The notes: generated from the sequence alone by a model not told the origin. DNA of 64,000 bases from an uncultured archaeon (GCA_964557045.1 CAZKYB010000002.1:1212-65211), one strand, 5' to 3'; counted from the first letter of the stretch, positions 8,695-18,960 are shown. Translations and numbers: made by a program.

Positions 8695-10053
8695 ATGAAT
8701 CAGATCGCCCATTTCGATCGCGCCAAACTACTCCGAGAACTCAAAAACAGCCCATTCAATCAGGAGACCGATAAAGTTATGCGGGCCCTTGACGGGCTCG
8801 CGAAGAAGTTAGAGGGGGGATACAAACTCGATGTGAACCCCGACGAAATCATCCAGAAGTTCGCCCAAAATCCCGCGGACGAAATTGAAATTCGTAAGCT
8901 GTTCGCGGTGCGACCCTTTAGGATTTTCTTCACCACATCCCTATCTCAAAATGGAGAACTCATAATTACTGCGTTCCTAGGAGCGCGCCCTGAAGAACTG
9001 GCTCAACGAAGAAAAACATTACGAAATGCCAACAAACACCTATTCCACGGATTCTTGGCATCGAACGCCAAACTCAAACGACGAAAGGGATTTGCAGAAG
9101 ATATGCTTAAACTTGCCCGAGAAACCGAACACACCGCGTATGCAAAATTCTATGTAACTCCATATAATCGCGGCAAGGGAAAAAGGGAAATTGCCATTAT
9201 TATGCACCCATTCCAGCGAGCACGACTGGTATATGACCCGTCCAGTGAAATCCAATACACCAAATTCAATCATCGCGTCAAAAGAGTAAAAGGAATGCTT
9301 ACTCACCTACTGCACTCCAATAACCCCACCCTCAACAAGGCCCGACCAACAATTCAACAACTTTTACTCGCGATACAACAAGTTGGCGACTCTGCCACTC
9401 ATGAGGGAGAAGGATTCAAGAATAGCCTATCCGTACTTGACGCCCTCATTCGAGGCGTTCGTAAATCCCCTGATCTAAAAGTCGTAACAGCCACTCGAGA
9501 AAAAATGAGCCGCCAAGACCCCGCCAAGAGTCAAGGGAAACCAACTCTCCGAGGGACCGAACACCTTCGAACAATTCTATTACGTTTCAGAGGAGATGCC
9601 ATACATGTAAGGAACATGTACAAACGCAAGGGAAACGAACACCCCTATGCCAGTGCAGGAAACATATCGGGACGAAGGAGAGAACTCGTGCTATACCTCG
9701 TATCCGGTCTCGCTCGACGGGCATTTGAGGAGGTATTCCGAATCCCAGCCTATCGATATATGCTATCGCCCAATCAGATTGGCTCCATTCGCCTAATGAA
9801 AGAAAGAGGGCAGATACGAGAAAAGATTAAGGCATTCCCAGAACAGCTCATGAAAAGGCAAAAACGAATAACCGAGCCCCTTACAATCCCATTGAACCCC
9901 GTAACACCTAGCGGCGAATCATTGGACCCTGTTCCATTTACCCTCGACATGGTTTCACTCGATCGACGCAAAATAATCATTGCCCAACGCCAGCTCGAAA
10001 AAAGAAAGAAAAAAAGAGAAATGCGAAAAAACTCACGAAAAAGAAATCGGTAG
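8695..10053 (+). CDS. Orphan highly basic hypothetical protein (452 aa)
   Basis: Long ORF with own TATA (TTATTAAT), no recognisable motif, C-terminus KRKKKREMRKNSRKRNR. Confidence 0.7.
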   Translation: MNQIAHFDRAKLLRELKNSPFNQETDKVMRALDGLAKKLEGGYKLDVNPDEIIQKFAQNPADEIEIRKLFAVRPFRIFFTTSLSQNGELIITAFLGARPEELAQRRKTLRNANKHLFHGFLASNAKLKRRKGFAEDMLKLARETEHTAYAKFYVTPYNRGKGKREIAIIMHPFQRARLVYDPSSEIQYTKFNHRVKRVKGMLTHLLHSNNPTLNKARPTIQQLLLAIQQVGDSATHEGEGFKNSLSVLDALIRGVRKSPDLKVVTATREKMSRQDPAKSQGKPTLRGTEHLRTILLRFRGDAIHVRNMYKRKGNEHPYASAGNISGRRRELVLYLVSGLARRAFEEVFRIPAYRYMLSPNQIGSIRLMKERGQIREKIKAFPEQLMKRQKRITEPLTIPLNPVTPSGESLDPVPFTLDMVSLDRRKIIIAQRQLEKRKKKREMRKNSRKRNR

Positions 10054-10106
10054 AAATCGAACTCAGGCTAAAACAGACTACAAAAAGAAGAGAACGAAAT
10101 AACACC

Positions 10107-10886
10107 CTATTTGTGTCCGCGAAGACCTGCGTGCTTTCGCTTCGCGTATTCGTGACCTCTCACGAGTTCAAATCGGTTCATGTACAAGATTGTTTTCAGG
10201 ATCTCCAAGAATGGAATAACAAAGCCGAACATCAACAAAACCGAGATGTATCTTCCGGCATACACAAAGGAATCAATGAACGCCTCCACTAAGGGAAGCA
10301 ACCCCACGAGAACGGTACCCAAGACCACGACTAAGAGGAACTCAAAGAAGTTTTGGCGAATCACATACCAGTTGGTTAATACGGCCTCACGAATGGGCTT
10401 CTCATCAATCACCAAGGATTGAGGGACGAAGACGAGGGAAATAGAAACCAACAGCAAGAGGGCGTTGAGCCCAAGAATGGGAATGTGAAACATACTCCCA
10501 AGGATTACGAGTGCAATGAACACCACGGACAGCAAGACAAAGTACATGAACATGGTCACGAAGAACTTCTGCACCATCTCACGCAAGTAGTAGCGCACCT
10601 TGATGTGGGACATGTCATTGCGCACCGCAAGAATGAGCAAGGTCAAGAGAATCGAATACATGGCGATGAAAACCAATCCCGCCAACACCTCCGCCAGCAC
10701 CACTTCCCAGGCTAAAGGAAAGAAGGAGTAGTCAAAGAAGATGGTCCCGTTGAACAAGGACATATTTCCAAAGCGCAAAAAGAAGAAAACGAAAACAAGC
10801 AGGATGGCAAAGGAGAGGGAGAGCTTGAGATTCTCACGATACTGATGGTGGACCTGCTCCACCAATGAAAATTCCCCTCGAACCAT
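10107..10886 (-). CDS. Multi-pass membrane protein, unknown function
   Basis: 259 aa, about six hydrophobic segments. Confidence 0.75.
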   Translation of the reverse strand: MVRGEFSLVEQVHHQYRENLKLSLSFAILLVFVFFFLRFGNMSLFNGTIFFDYSFFPLAWEVVLAEVLAGLVFIAMYSILLTLLILAVRNDMSHIKVRYYLREMVQKFFVTMFMYFVLLSVVFIALVILGSMFHIPILGLNALLLLVSISLVFVPQSLVIDEKPIREAVLTNWYVIRQNFFEFLLVVVLGTVLVGLLPLVEAFIDSFVYAGRYISVLLMFGFVIPFLEILKTILYMNRFELVRGHEYAKRKHAGLRGHK

Positions 10887-10963
10887 AAACTATGCAAAAG
10901 GCGAAACAGGATTATAAGCCTGCGGGAAGGAAACCCAACGCGACCCTCAACATAATGGGAGAT

Positions 10964-11497
10964 TTAGAGAAGGTGGGGGAGTTTCTCTTTCCAATAGGAA
11001 TGAATCAACACATAGGAGACCCACCCCAGAAGCGCGGACAAGACGAACAGGAAAAAGGGAGAGGGAAGCAGCTGCTCCACGAAATGACTCGAGACAAACG
11101 TCCACGTGGGACCAAACGAATAGAACCCCGGACTCGGCTTGCCCTGCACCATCGCCGTGAGAAAGGCGTTGTTCCAGAAATACCCAATCAGGGCGATGAA
11201 AAACGTCACGTAGGAAATGATCACAAAACCCAACGCAAAAGGGACCGACAAAATCTGTTCATCCTTGAAGTGGCGCAAATACCAAGAGATGGAAACCCAG
11301 GCAAACAGGAAACCAATCAGGGGAATCAACCACAGCAAGGGATCCACAAAAACATACCCGTCAAAGGGCTTTCCCGAGAAGAATGATTGACCATACCCGT
11401 CCCACTTGGGCAGAAAGGACAAGGAGGCGTAAAGAAGATAGAGAAAGACATACGACACCACTACGAGAATACCACCCTTCACGTGACGGGAATGCAT
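10964..11497 (-). CDS. Multi-pass membrane protein, unknown function
   Basis: 177 aa, about four aromatic-rich TM segments, TATA upstream. Confidence 0.72.
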   Translation of the reverse strand: MHSRHVKGGILVVVSYVFLYLLYASLSFLPKWDGYGQSFFSGKPFDGYVFVDPLLWLIPLIGFLFAWVSISWYLRHFKDEQILSVPFALGFVIISYVTFFIALIGYFWNNAFLTAMVQGKPSPGFYSFGPTWTFVSSHFVEQLLPSPFFLFVLSALLGWVSYVLIHSYWKEKLPHLL

Positions 11498-11541
11498 ACT
11501 ACCCTACACGACTGAAGGGGATTAAAAACGGGCGGGTTCGG

Positions 11542-13146
11542 CTACGGAGAATAATAAAACGCACTCATCCCAATCGACGCGAACGTGGAAGAAAATGGCG
11601 AAACCGAGTTTAAGGTGAAGGCACTCGAAGGAGGATTGGGATACCGAATCCCCACAAACATCACATCCGGAGACGCCGGAGCGTTGAGGATGTTGTCCTT
11701 GAACTTCTGCGTGTAGAAATCGTACGGTTGACTGCAGGTGTAAAACCAATCCTCTACATCATCATCGGGATTGGGATCCAAATCCAGAAAACCCATCTTG
11801 GGGCCCCCGGGAAACGGATTCACATCCAGATTAAGCACATTAGGAGAAGCAATCGAGGCGTCCGTCATCAAGGCGCACGCCATCAGGGGATCCGCAATGG
11901 GTGCGGAGGGATTCAAGACATAAAATTCGAGATTCGCCAGCTCGGAGGTGTACCCGTTACACAAGGCCTGTCCGCAGGTCACATCGGGAGTGGTGCCGCA
12001 GGAAGACTTGTACTGAACATCGAACCCATTCACTCCCACCGAAAAAACAGGCGCGAAGTTCTGGAGAAACACCGCCCCTTTGATGGGGGCAATATCCATG
12101 CTGATGAAGGGACCCTTTTTGTTCGGCCCTGTCGAATGCGTGAAAAAGGAATCGACTCCGCTCACGTTGACACAAAACGCACTCTCGTAGGAGTCCCCCA
12201 CGCTACAAACAAACTCTCCTTCAGGCACACCCAAGGATTGACATGCCTCATCGATACTCCCTGAAATGGGACTCGTCGAAGGGGCTGGACAACTGAGCGG
12301 GGAACAATTGGGAGGAAAAATACACCCAAACTGAACATAGGGTGTGCTCGGCGCAGGATTGCCCAGATTCTCGCACTGGAATGAAGACCCGAGCAGGAAT
12401 GGACTCGTGGAGTACCAGGAAAGTTTATCGGCATCCGTGTCCCACCCTTCCTTTACCGTGGTTCCATCAGGTGCGACTTGGGAAACTTTCATAAAAATCT
12501 GAACGGAGACCAAATCCTTGTGGTTGAGATTACCCACGGAAACGATAACCACCTCTTTCTTTGGCTCGGCAGGTGACAACTGAAAGGTTGCGTCGTCAAT
12601 GAAAGAAGATGGAAGTGCATCCAAGTCAGAAAAATCGAACTCCGTGGAGCAGGGACCCGTGAGCTTGACGACGGGACCCGAACCATCATCGCTGGTCTCG
12701 GACTCGCACATGTTTAAGGGAAGCGTTACGCAATTCTCGGTAGCCGGATCACAAACCCCCCCAGCCGGTGTTACGGGAAACTCCAGCGTGATGATGGGGC
12801 CCTGCCCACCATAGAAACTACCTCCGTCACAAATCCCATTCTTGCAGAAAATTTTGAACCCAATCCCATCTAGCTGGAGGGTTCTCCAGGTCGTGTCCTC
12901 GAGAATAAACCCATTCGGCGCCGTGAGCAGACCATCATTCCAATTCAAGTGGAGACTGCACGCCGCGTTGTCGGATCCCGAACAGAGGTCGATCTTCTCA
13001 TACTCCTGAAGATTTTGATCAAACAAACCCCCGCCGTATGGACCTAGAAAAATAAGCAAGAGGAAAACAATCAACGCCACTAAGGAGCCGGCCCCGAGCA
13101 ACAAGAGATACTCGAGAGAGCCCTGCCCAGAGGAAACACGACGCAT
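11542..13146 (-). CDS. Large Cys-rich protein with class III (type IV pilin-like) signal peptide
   Basis: MRRVSSG/QGSLEYLLLLGAGSLVALIVFLLL fits G|Q-x-x-x-E plus a hydrophobic stretch; about 20 Cys in the ectodomain. Confidence 0.82.
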   Translation of the reverse strand: MRRVSSGQGSLEYLLLLGAGSLVALIVFLLLIFLGPYGGGLFDQNLQEYEKIDLCSGSDNAACSLHLNWNDGLLTAPNGFILEDTTWRTLQLDGIGFKIFCKNGICDGGSFYGGQGPIITLEFPVTPAGGVCDPATENCVTLPLNMCESETSDDGSGPVVKLTGPCSTEFDFSDLDALPSSFIDDATFQLSPAEPKKEVVIVSVGNLNHKDLVSVQIFMKVSQVAPDGTTVKEGWDTDADKLSWYSTSPFLLGSSFQCENLGNPAPSTPYVQFGCIFPPNCSPLSCPAPSTSPISGSIDEACQSLGVPEGEFVCSVGDSYESAFCVNVSGVDSFFTHSTGPNKKGPFISMDIAPIKGAVFLQNFAPVFSVGVNGFDVQYKSSCGTTPDVTCGQALCNGYTSELANLEFYVLNPSAPIADPLMACALMTDASIASPNVLNLDVNPFPGGPKMGFLDLDPNPDDDVEDWFYTCSQPYDFYTQKFKDNILNAPASPDVMFVGIRYPNPPSSAFTLNSVSPFSSTFASIGMSAFYYSP

Positions 13147-13233
13147 GGACGCAAGCAACTCGACCGGGAATAAAAACAAGCGGGTTGGGGCTCACCCACT
13201 CCCCTAAAAAACCCGGGTGCGCATCCCTACTTC

Positions 13234-14217
13234 ATGATGGAAAACACCACCCTCAAGCTACCATGGGTTGAAAAGTACCGACCCAAGACCCTCTCCGAGG
13301 TTATTGGACAGGAACCCATCACGAAACGATTGGAAAGCTACGTCAAGACGCGTGACTTGCCCCACCTCATGTTCGCTGGACACGCTGGAATTGGAAAAAC
13401 CTCGGCGGCCGTGGCCCTCGCGAAGGAATTGTTTGGGGAGGAATACCAACGCAACTTTTTGGAATTGAACGCCTCCGATGAACGAGGAATCGACGTGGTA
13501 CGCTCTACGATTAAAGAATTTGCGCGCACCCTTGCATTCAACGCGGACTTCAAGGTTATTTTCTTGGACGAATGTGATGCACTCACCACCGATGCACAGC
13601 AAGCCCTACGCCGCACCATGGAACGATATTCCAAAACGTGCCGATTCATCCTCTCGTGCAATTATTCCTCTCGCATCATCGAACCCATCCAATCCCGCTG
13701 CGTGGTGTTTCGATTTCGACCCTTACACATCAAAGATTTGGAGAAGCAAATTCAACGCATTGCTCACGAGGAAAAACTCACCGTGGATGCGAAAGCGATT
13801 ACTGCGTTAGAATACATCGCAGAAGGAGACATGCGCAAGGCCACCAATGTCTTGCAAGCCGCTTCTGCGTTGGAAAAGAAAATCACGGAAGACATTGTGT
13901 ACACCGTAGCCAATCGGGCGAAGCCCAAAGAAATCAAGGAAATGGTCCAATTGGCCATGGAAGGAAAATTCCTCCCCGCGCGAGAAAAACTCGATGTTTT
14001 GATGCTGGAAAGCGGACTCTCGGGAGAAGACGTCATCAAGCAGATCCACAAAGAAGTCATTGATTGGGACGAAAAAGAGATTGACTCCAAGACTAAGATT
14101 CGATTAGTGGATCGGATTGGAGAATACGACTTTCGCTTGGTGGAAGGGGCCAATGAACGCATTCAAATCGAAGCCCTCCTTGCCCAAATAGGATTAGTTG
14201 CCAGCGAGAAGAAGTAA
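13234..14217 (+). CDS. rfcS: Replication factor C small subunit
   Basis: PWVEKYRP, GHAGIGKT, LELNASDERGIDVVR, LDECD, SRC; no intein. Confidence 0.97.
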   Translation: MMENTTLKLPWVEKYRPKTLSEVIGQEPITKRLESYVKTRDLPHLMFAGHAGIGKTSAAVALAKELFGEEYQRNFLELNASDERGIDVVRSTIKEFARTLAFNADFKVIFLDECDALTTDAQQALRRTMERYSKTCRFILSCNYSSRIIEPIQSRCVVFRFRPLHIKDLEKQIQRIAHEEKLTVDAKAITALEYIAEGDMRKATNVLQAASALEKKITEDIVYTVANRAKPKEIKEMVQLAMEGKFLPAREKLDVLMLESGLSGEDVIKQIHKEVIDWDEKEIDSKTKIRLVDRIGEYDFRLVEGANERIQIEALLAQIGLVASEKK

Positions 14218-14228
14218 TTCTATCCTAC

Positions 14229-15479
14229 TCACTTGAAGAAATCCACCAATCGTCGTTGCACCGTAATCCGATCCAACACCTTTGAATTTTTCTTCCACTC
14301 TCGCATAGGAATCGTGAGTTTGGTTTCCAATCCCTTCAGTGCATCATCCAAGGATTCAAACAATTGGGGTTTTTGCTCCATGGCATTCCGCACATTCTGA
14401 CGACACTGCCAAACCCCCACGGGTTGAGCGTAGCCGGGGCCAATTTCCCTGAAAATAATCACCGCCGCCTGCCTCCTGTTTTCGGACAAATACTCTAACA
14501 CGGCCAAGCGCGTCGCATAGTATCCCCCGGCGACATTCTCCGCGTAGTTTTTTCTCCCCTCATAGAATTCGTGGTCGCAACTCATGTGGACTTCCTTCAT
14601 TTCTTGGGCCCAGAATGAACCCGGACGATAGGCTTCCATGATATCAAAGGACCACTCGCGGGGAACCAACAAGACGTAGAAATGATTATCCAGGAAATGA
14701 GACTCAAACAAACGGAAATCGTTGATTTGAGGATAGTCCTTGATCTGGTCCAACAAATCCTTCCCCACTGTGTCATCCACCGCCGTGATGGACCAGCGCG
14801 TGGGGACGAGTTTTCGATTGTCCTTCTCCCCTAACGTGCCTGCGCTCAACAATTTGTACAAGTGATGCACCGGCGTGTCCTTGTGATACAACTCCTCCAT
14901 CGCCGTGGCCGCTTTGACGTGCGTATCGGAGACCAAGTATTCCACCTTGTCGGGAATGGAGGGATTCTCCTGCAACTTGAAATCCTTCATCGGCGCCTGC
15001 GGACCCATGGGGGGAGCGTCATGGGAGAATTCGAGCTTGGAAACCGGCGATTTGGTCAATTCGACCTCCACATCCACCTTCTCAGAGGCCATGGCCACCT
15101 CTTGGATCTTCTGCAACTCCACACCCGGGTCCTTCGCTTCGTGAATGGAAACGGGAATGTTACTCCGCACGAGTTGGGAACGATACCCCACCAAATCTTC
15201 GAGACTTTTACCAAACCACCGTTCAGGGTTATCCAACAAGTCCGCCTGGTCCCCATCCAAGTAATTCGTGGGAGCCATGGGTGCAATCTTGACTTTGGGG
15301 TACCCATAATGCGAAACAAAAATGCTCGGAGGAGAGCTCCCCGCGAAGGATTTCTCCTTCATTTGGGAGAGGGACTTTTGTTTGGTCTCGTATTTCTCCA
15401 ATATCCAACACGTCGGACCGCACCACAACCGACCGCGACACTTCACGCAGGTCTCCGGGGAGGGCTTTACTGGCTCCAT
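14229..15479 (-). CDS. nreA: Nre-family DNA repair protein
   Basis: CVKCRGRLWCGPTC, SPPSIFV, LVPTRWSITAVD, GGYYA, C-terminal PIP box QRRLVDFF. Confidence 0.92.
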   Translation of the reverse strand: MEPVKPSPETCVKCRGRLWCGPTCWILEKYETKQKSLSQMKEKSFAGSSPPSIFVSHYGYPKVKIAPMAPTNYLDGDQADLLDNPERWFGKSLEDLVGYRSQLVRSNIPVSIHEAKDPGVELQKIQEVAMASEKVDVEVELTKSPVSKLEFSHDAPPMGPQAPMKDFKLQENPSIPDKVEYLVSDTHVKAATAMEELYHKDTPVHHLYKLLSAGTLGEKDNRKLVPTRWSITAVDDTVGKDLLDQIKDYPQINDFRLFESHFLDNHFYVLLVPREWSFDIMEAYRPGSFWAQEMKEVHMSCDHEFYEGRKNYAENVAGGYYATRLAVLEYLSENRRQAAVIIFREIGPGYAQPVGVWQCRQNVRNAMEQKPQLFESLDDALKGLETKLTIPMREWKKNSKVLDRITVQRRLVDFFK

Positions 15480-15575
15480 TCAGCCTATACATCCCGGAGG
15501 CTTTTGAATCCGTATATTAGGAAGGCGCCGACTGCACACCCAGCCATTTAAACCATTCCGGGGCTATTTCCAATT

Positions 15576-17510
15576 ATGACGAGCCCCATCCACTTGACCC
15601 TCCCGGACGGGAAACAACTCCAAGTGGAGAAGGGACAAACCGTGTTAGAGGCCATCCAAAAAATAGGCGCTCGACTCGCCCAGGCAGCCATCTCGGCGTC
15701 GCTGGACGGACAACTCGTTGATCTCACTCACAAAGTGGAGAAGAACGCCGCATTCAAGGTGCATACGTTTGCCTCGAATGAGGGAAAGGAAACCTACTGG
15801 CACTCCACTTCGCATCTCATGGCGTACGCCATCCAAGAATTATTCCCGGGGGCTCAATTTACCACAGGTCCTGCGATTGAAGAGGGATTCTATTACGATA
15901 TTGATTATGAACGACCTTTCACCCCGGAAGACTTGATTAAGATTGAAGAAAAAATGCGCGAGCTCGCCAAGAAGGATTTTCCTGTCAAGCGAATTGAACT
16001 CAAACGCGAAGAGGCCATCAAGTATTTCGAGAAACAGAAAAACCACTACAAGGTGGAAATACTCAAAGAATTGGACGAGAAAATGGTCTCCTTGTATGAG
16101 GAAGGAACTTTTACGGACCTTTGCACCGGACCCCACGTCACAAGTACGGGAAAAATTGTTGCCATCAAACTATTGAAAGTTGCGGGGGCCTATTGGAGAG
16201 GCGATGCGAAAAACAAACAATTGCAACGAATTTATGGAATCAGTTTTCCCACCCAAAAAGAATTGGATGAGCATTTGAAAATACTCGAAGAACGAGAAGC
16301 ACGCGATCATCGAAAGATAGCCAAAGAGATGAAAATATTCACATTCAATGAGGACATTGGAATGGGACTCCCTCTCTGGCTGCCGAATGGAGAGAAACTT
16401 TTCCACACCCTGCAAGAATTCATGCGCGAAGAGGAAGAGCGAGCCGGCTACCAATACGTGCGCACCCCCCACATCGCCAAAGAAAATGTCTATCGCCAGA
16501 CCGGACACATCCCCTACTACAAGGACAGCATGTACGCCCCGATTGACATTGAGGGAGAAAATTATTACCTCAAACCCATGAACTGCCCGCACCATCACAA
16601 GATATTCGCGGAGATGGTTCAGAGCTACAAACAACTCCCCTTGCGATTGGCCGAAGCGGGCAACGTGTATCGATTCGAACTCTCAGGAACCATGTATGGG
16701 ATTATCCGCGCGCGAGGATTTACGCAGAATGATTCCCACAACTATTGTACCCCCTCTCAAGTCGAAGATGAAGTGGTTTCCGTGTTAGAGATGAACATGC
16801 GCCTCTACGAGAAATTTGGAGTCAAAAACTATTGGTTCCGCCTCTCCCTCCCTGACTTTGAAGGACACCCGGAGAAGTATTCCGGAGATGAACAGCGATG
16901 GAGAGACGCCGCGGACTCGCTACGAAACGCACTCAAACGAGTGGGAAAGGACGCCGTGGAAACCAAGGATGAAGCCGCATTCTACGGACCCAAAATAGAC
17001 ATCCAAACACGCAACATTAAGGGAAAAGAAGACACGATTGCAACCGTACAAGTCGACATCATGGTCCCTAAACGCATGGGACTGAGCTACATCGACGAAA
17101 ATGATAAGCCCGCAATCCCCACCTGTGTACATCGAGCGATTTTGGGAAGCTATGAACGATTCATCGCCTTCTTGCTTGAACAAACCATGGGAAAGTTCCC
17201 TTTTTGGTTGGCCCCCGTTCAAGTGAAAGTCCTCCCCCTCTCGGAGAAATTTAGGGAATACGCCCAGCACGTCCAGGATTCACTCAAACACGCAGGGGTG
17301 AGATCGGAGTTAGACTCCACCGACCAAACATTGAATTATCGCATCCGAAACGCCCAATTGGAAAAAGTACCCTACATGATTATTGTAGGAGAAAAAGAAG
17401 AAACGGCCAAAACCGTGAGCGTCCGTACGCGAGAAGGAAAGCAGGAGAACGACCTCTCTCTCACCACGTTGATCCAGCGCCTCCAGCACGAAAATACAAC
17501 CCGCACATAG
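15576..17510 (+). CDS. thrS: Threonine--tRNA ligase, bacterial type (TGS + editing domain)
   Basis: TLPDG TGS domain, HSTSH and DLCTGPH editing motifs, GAYWRGD, KPMNCP, AAFYGPKID, HRAILGSYERF. Confidence 0.97.
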   Translation: MTSPIHLTLPDGKQLQVEKGQTVLEAIQKIGARLAQAAISASLDGQLVDLTHKVEKNAAFKVHTFASNEGKETYWHSTSHLMAYAIQELFPGAQFTTGPAIEEGFYYDIDYERPFTPEDLIKIEEKMRELAKKDFPVKRIELKREEAIKYFEKQKNHYKVEILKELDEKMVSLYEEGTFTDLCTGPHVTSTGKIVAIKLLKVAGAYWRGDAKNKQLQRIYGISFPTQKELDEHLKILEEREARDHRKIAKEMKIFTFNEDIGMGLPLWLPNGEKLFHTLQEFMREEEERAGYQYVRTPHIAKENVYRQTGHIPYYKDSMYAPIDIEGENYYLKPMNCPHHHKIFAEMVQSYKQLPLRLAEAGNVYRFELSGTMYGIIRARGFTQNDSHNYCTPSQVEDEVVSVLEMNMRLYEKFGVKNYWFRLSLPDFEGHPEKYSGDEQRWRDAADSLRNALKRVGKDAVETKDEAAFYGPKIDIQTRNIKGKEDTIATVQVDIMVPKRMGLSYIDENDKPAIPTCVHRAILGSYERFIAFLLEQTMGKFPFWLAPVQVKVLPLSEKFREYAQHVQDSLKHAGVRSELDSTDQTLNYRIRNAQLEKVPYMIIVGEKEETAKTVSVRTREGKQENDLSLTTLIQRLQHENTTRT

Positions 17511-17622
17511 AAATTCACCTAATTCCCGTCAATCGCCAGAGTCCGAGAGGAATCGTTTATATTCCACCCCACCTTGGACCCTCTTAATGTGTCCGCCTCG
17601 GCGGAAAGGAGACGAAAAAACT

Positions 17623-17823
17623 ATGGCGAAAGACGAACATGGAGTGTGCGGAATGCACCTCTGCGGAAAGTGCAGTAAAGTATGGGCGATCTTCGGAATC
17701 TTGTTCCTGATCCTCTCATTGGGATTGTGGAGCGGAGCCCCGGCATGGTGGAACCCCTGGACTTTAATCGGACTGTTCCTCCTATTCGGCGGACTTGGAC
17801 CCATGATGATGAAGAGCATGTAA
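17623..17823 (+). CDS. Small two-TM membrane protein with N-terminal Cys/His cluster
   Basis: MAKDEHGVCGMHLCGKC then two TM segments; AAGGAG upstream, hairpin downstream. Confidence 0.7.
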   Translation: MAKDEHGVCGMHLCGKCSKVWAIFGILFLILSLGLWSGAPAWWNPWTLIGLFLLFGGLGPMMMKSM

Positions 17824-17827
17824 GGTA

Positions 17828-17856
17828 GAGCCGGGGCTGAATCGCCCCGTTCTCAT
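17828..17856. terminator. Hairpin between convergent genes
   Basis: CGGGGC-TGAATC-GCCCCG followed by a T-rich tract. Confidence 0.5.
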
Positions 17857-18960
17857 TTATTTCTCCTTTTGAATCACAAACACGCGCTCATTGGTTTTCC
17901 CTACAAAACCAGAGTGGCGCTGATACGCATCGAGGGTGCGCGCCACGATATTGTCCACGAGCTCAAATCCTAATTCTACACTCGCATCCACGAGCATCGC
18001 ATCGGAATGGACCACCCGATCGGGAAACGCCCCTCCCGCGACATTAATCACGGCCTTCCCGCCCGGAACCAGCACCCGGTGGAGCTGCTTCAATACCTGC
18101 GACATGTCCTTCATGTACGCATCCACAATGGGGAGGTCACTCCCCCCAGCAGTGTCATGAACATCCTTCCCTACGAACGAACGCAATTGTGTTTTGGGAT
18201 CTTCGAAAAATAATGCGAGCTCCAGCTTGTACGCCGAAGCATACTCAATCTTGTTCAGGTAGGGAGGAGAAGTAATTACGCTTGAAATGGTGTTTTTTCC
18301 AATCTTCTTCAGCATGCGAGCGTCATCTTCGATTACTTGAGGGGCGGGTCCAAGAATTTGCCCCTTTTGAAGATCCTTAAGCATGAATTCAAGCTTTTGG
18401 AACCAGAACTTCTTGATGGGCTTGTACCCCTTGCTTGAGGAACGACGCAAACTCGCGCCCATCCGTTCCACATTCGACGCACGCAGGGTGGAATCAATCA
18501 ACGCAAGGAGGGCCAAATCATGTAAAGGAGACATTTTGTATTCATGATCGAGGAATTTCTTCACTGTCAACAATTCACGAAATGTTTGGTTGTGAAACCG
18601 CTTCGCCACCCAACTATCCACTCGCCCTTCGCGTGGAAAATTAAATTCTGTTTTTTTTAGCTGAGCAAACTCTTCCTTCAGCTCGTTCACATCATAGTCT
18701 CTCGTTTTGGTTTCCGAAACAAATCGTGCGAGGGGAGACACGTCACATCCAATCGAGTCTAGTCCATTTTCCTTGCACGCAAGTAAGGTGGTGCCCACCC
18801 CGCAGAAGGGATCCAAAACGGGACCCTCCAGCGAATAGTTTTGAATCGCCCACTCCACGAAGGGCTTGGAATATCCTTCTCGGTAGTAGAACCAGCGATG
18901 AATGGGAATGTTCTTGTTCGGAGAAAACGTCACCAATTCGGAAAGGGGATGGGCCGCCAT
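17857..18960 (-). CDS. Orphan amino-DNA methyltransferase (probably N4-cytosine, alpha motif order)
   Basis: IHRWFYYREGYS, SAM-binding VLDPFCGVGTT before catalytic ITSPPYLN. Confidence 0.85.
   Translation of the reverse strand: MAAHPLSELVTFSPNKNIPIHRWFYYREGYSKPFVEWAIQNYSLEGPVLDPFCGVGTTLLACKENGLDSIGCDVSPLARFVSETKTRDYDVNELKEEFAQLKKTEFNFPREGRVDSWVAKRFHNQTFRELLTVKKFLDHEYKMSPLHDLALLALIDSTLRASNVERMGASLRRSSSKGYKPIKKFWFQKLEFMLKDLQKGQILGPAPQVIEDDARMLKKIGKNTISSVITSPPYLNKIEYASAYKLELALFFEDPKTQLRSFVGKDVHDTAGGSDLPIVDAYMKDMSQVLKQLHRVLVPGGKAVINVAGGAFPDRVVHSDAMLVDASVELGFELVDNIVARTLDAYQRHSGFVGKTNERVFVIQKEK

Noticed and set aside
10892..11386. 164-aa + strand ORF rich in Q/K/R
   Set aside because: Antisense shadow of the hydrophobic membrane gene 10964-11497.
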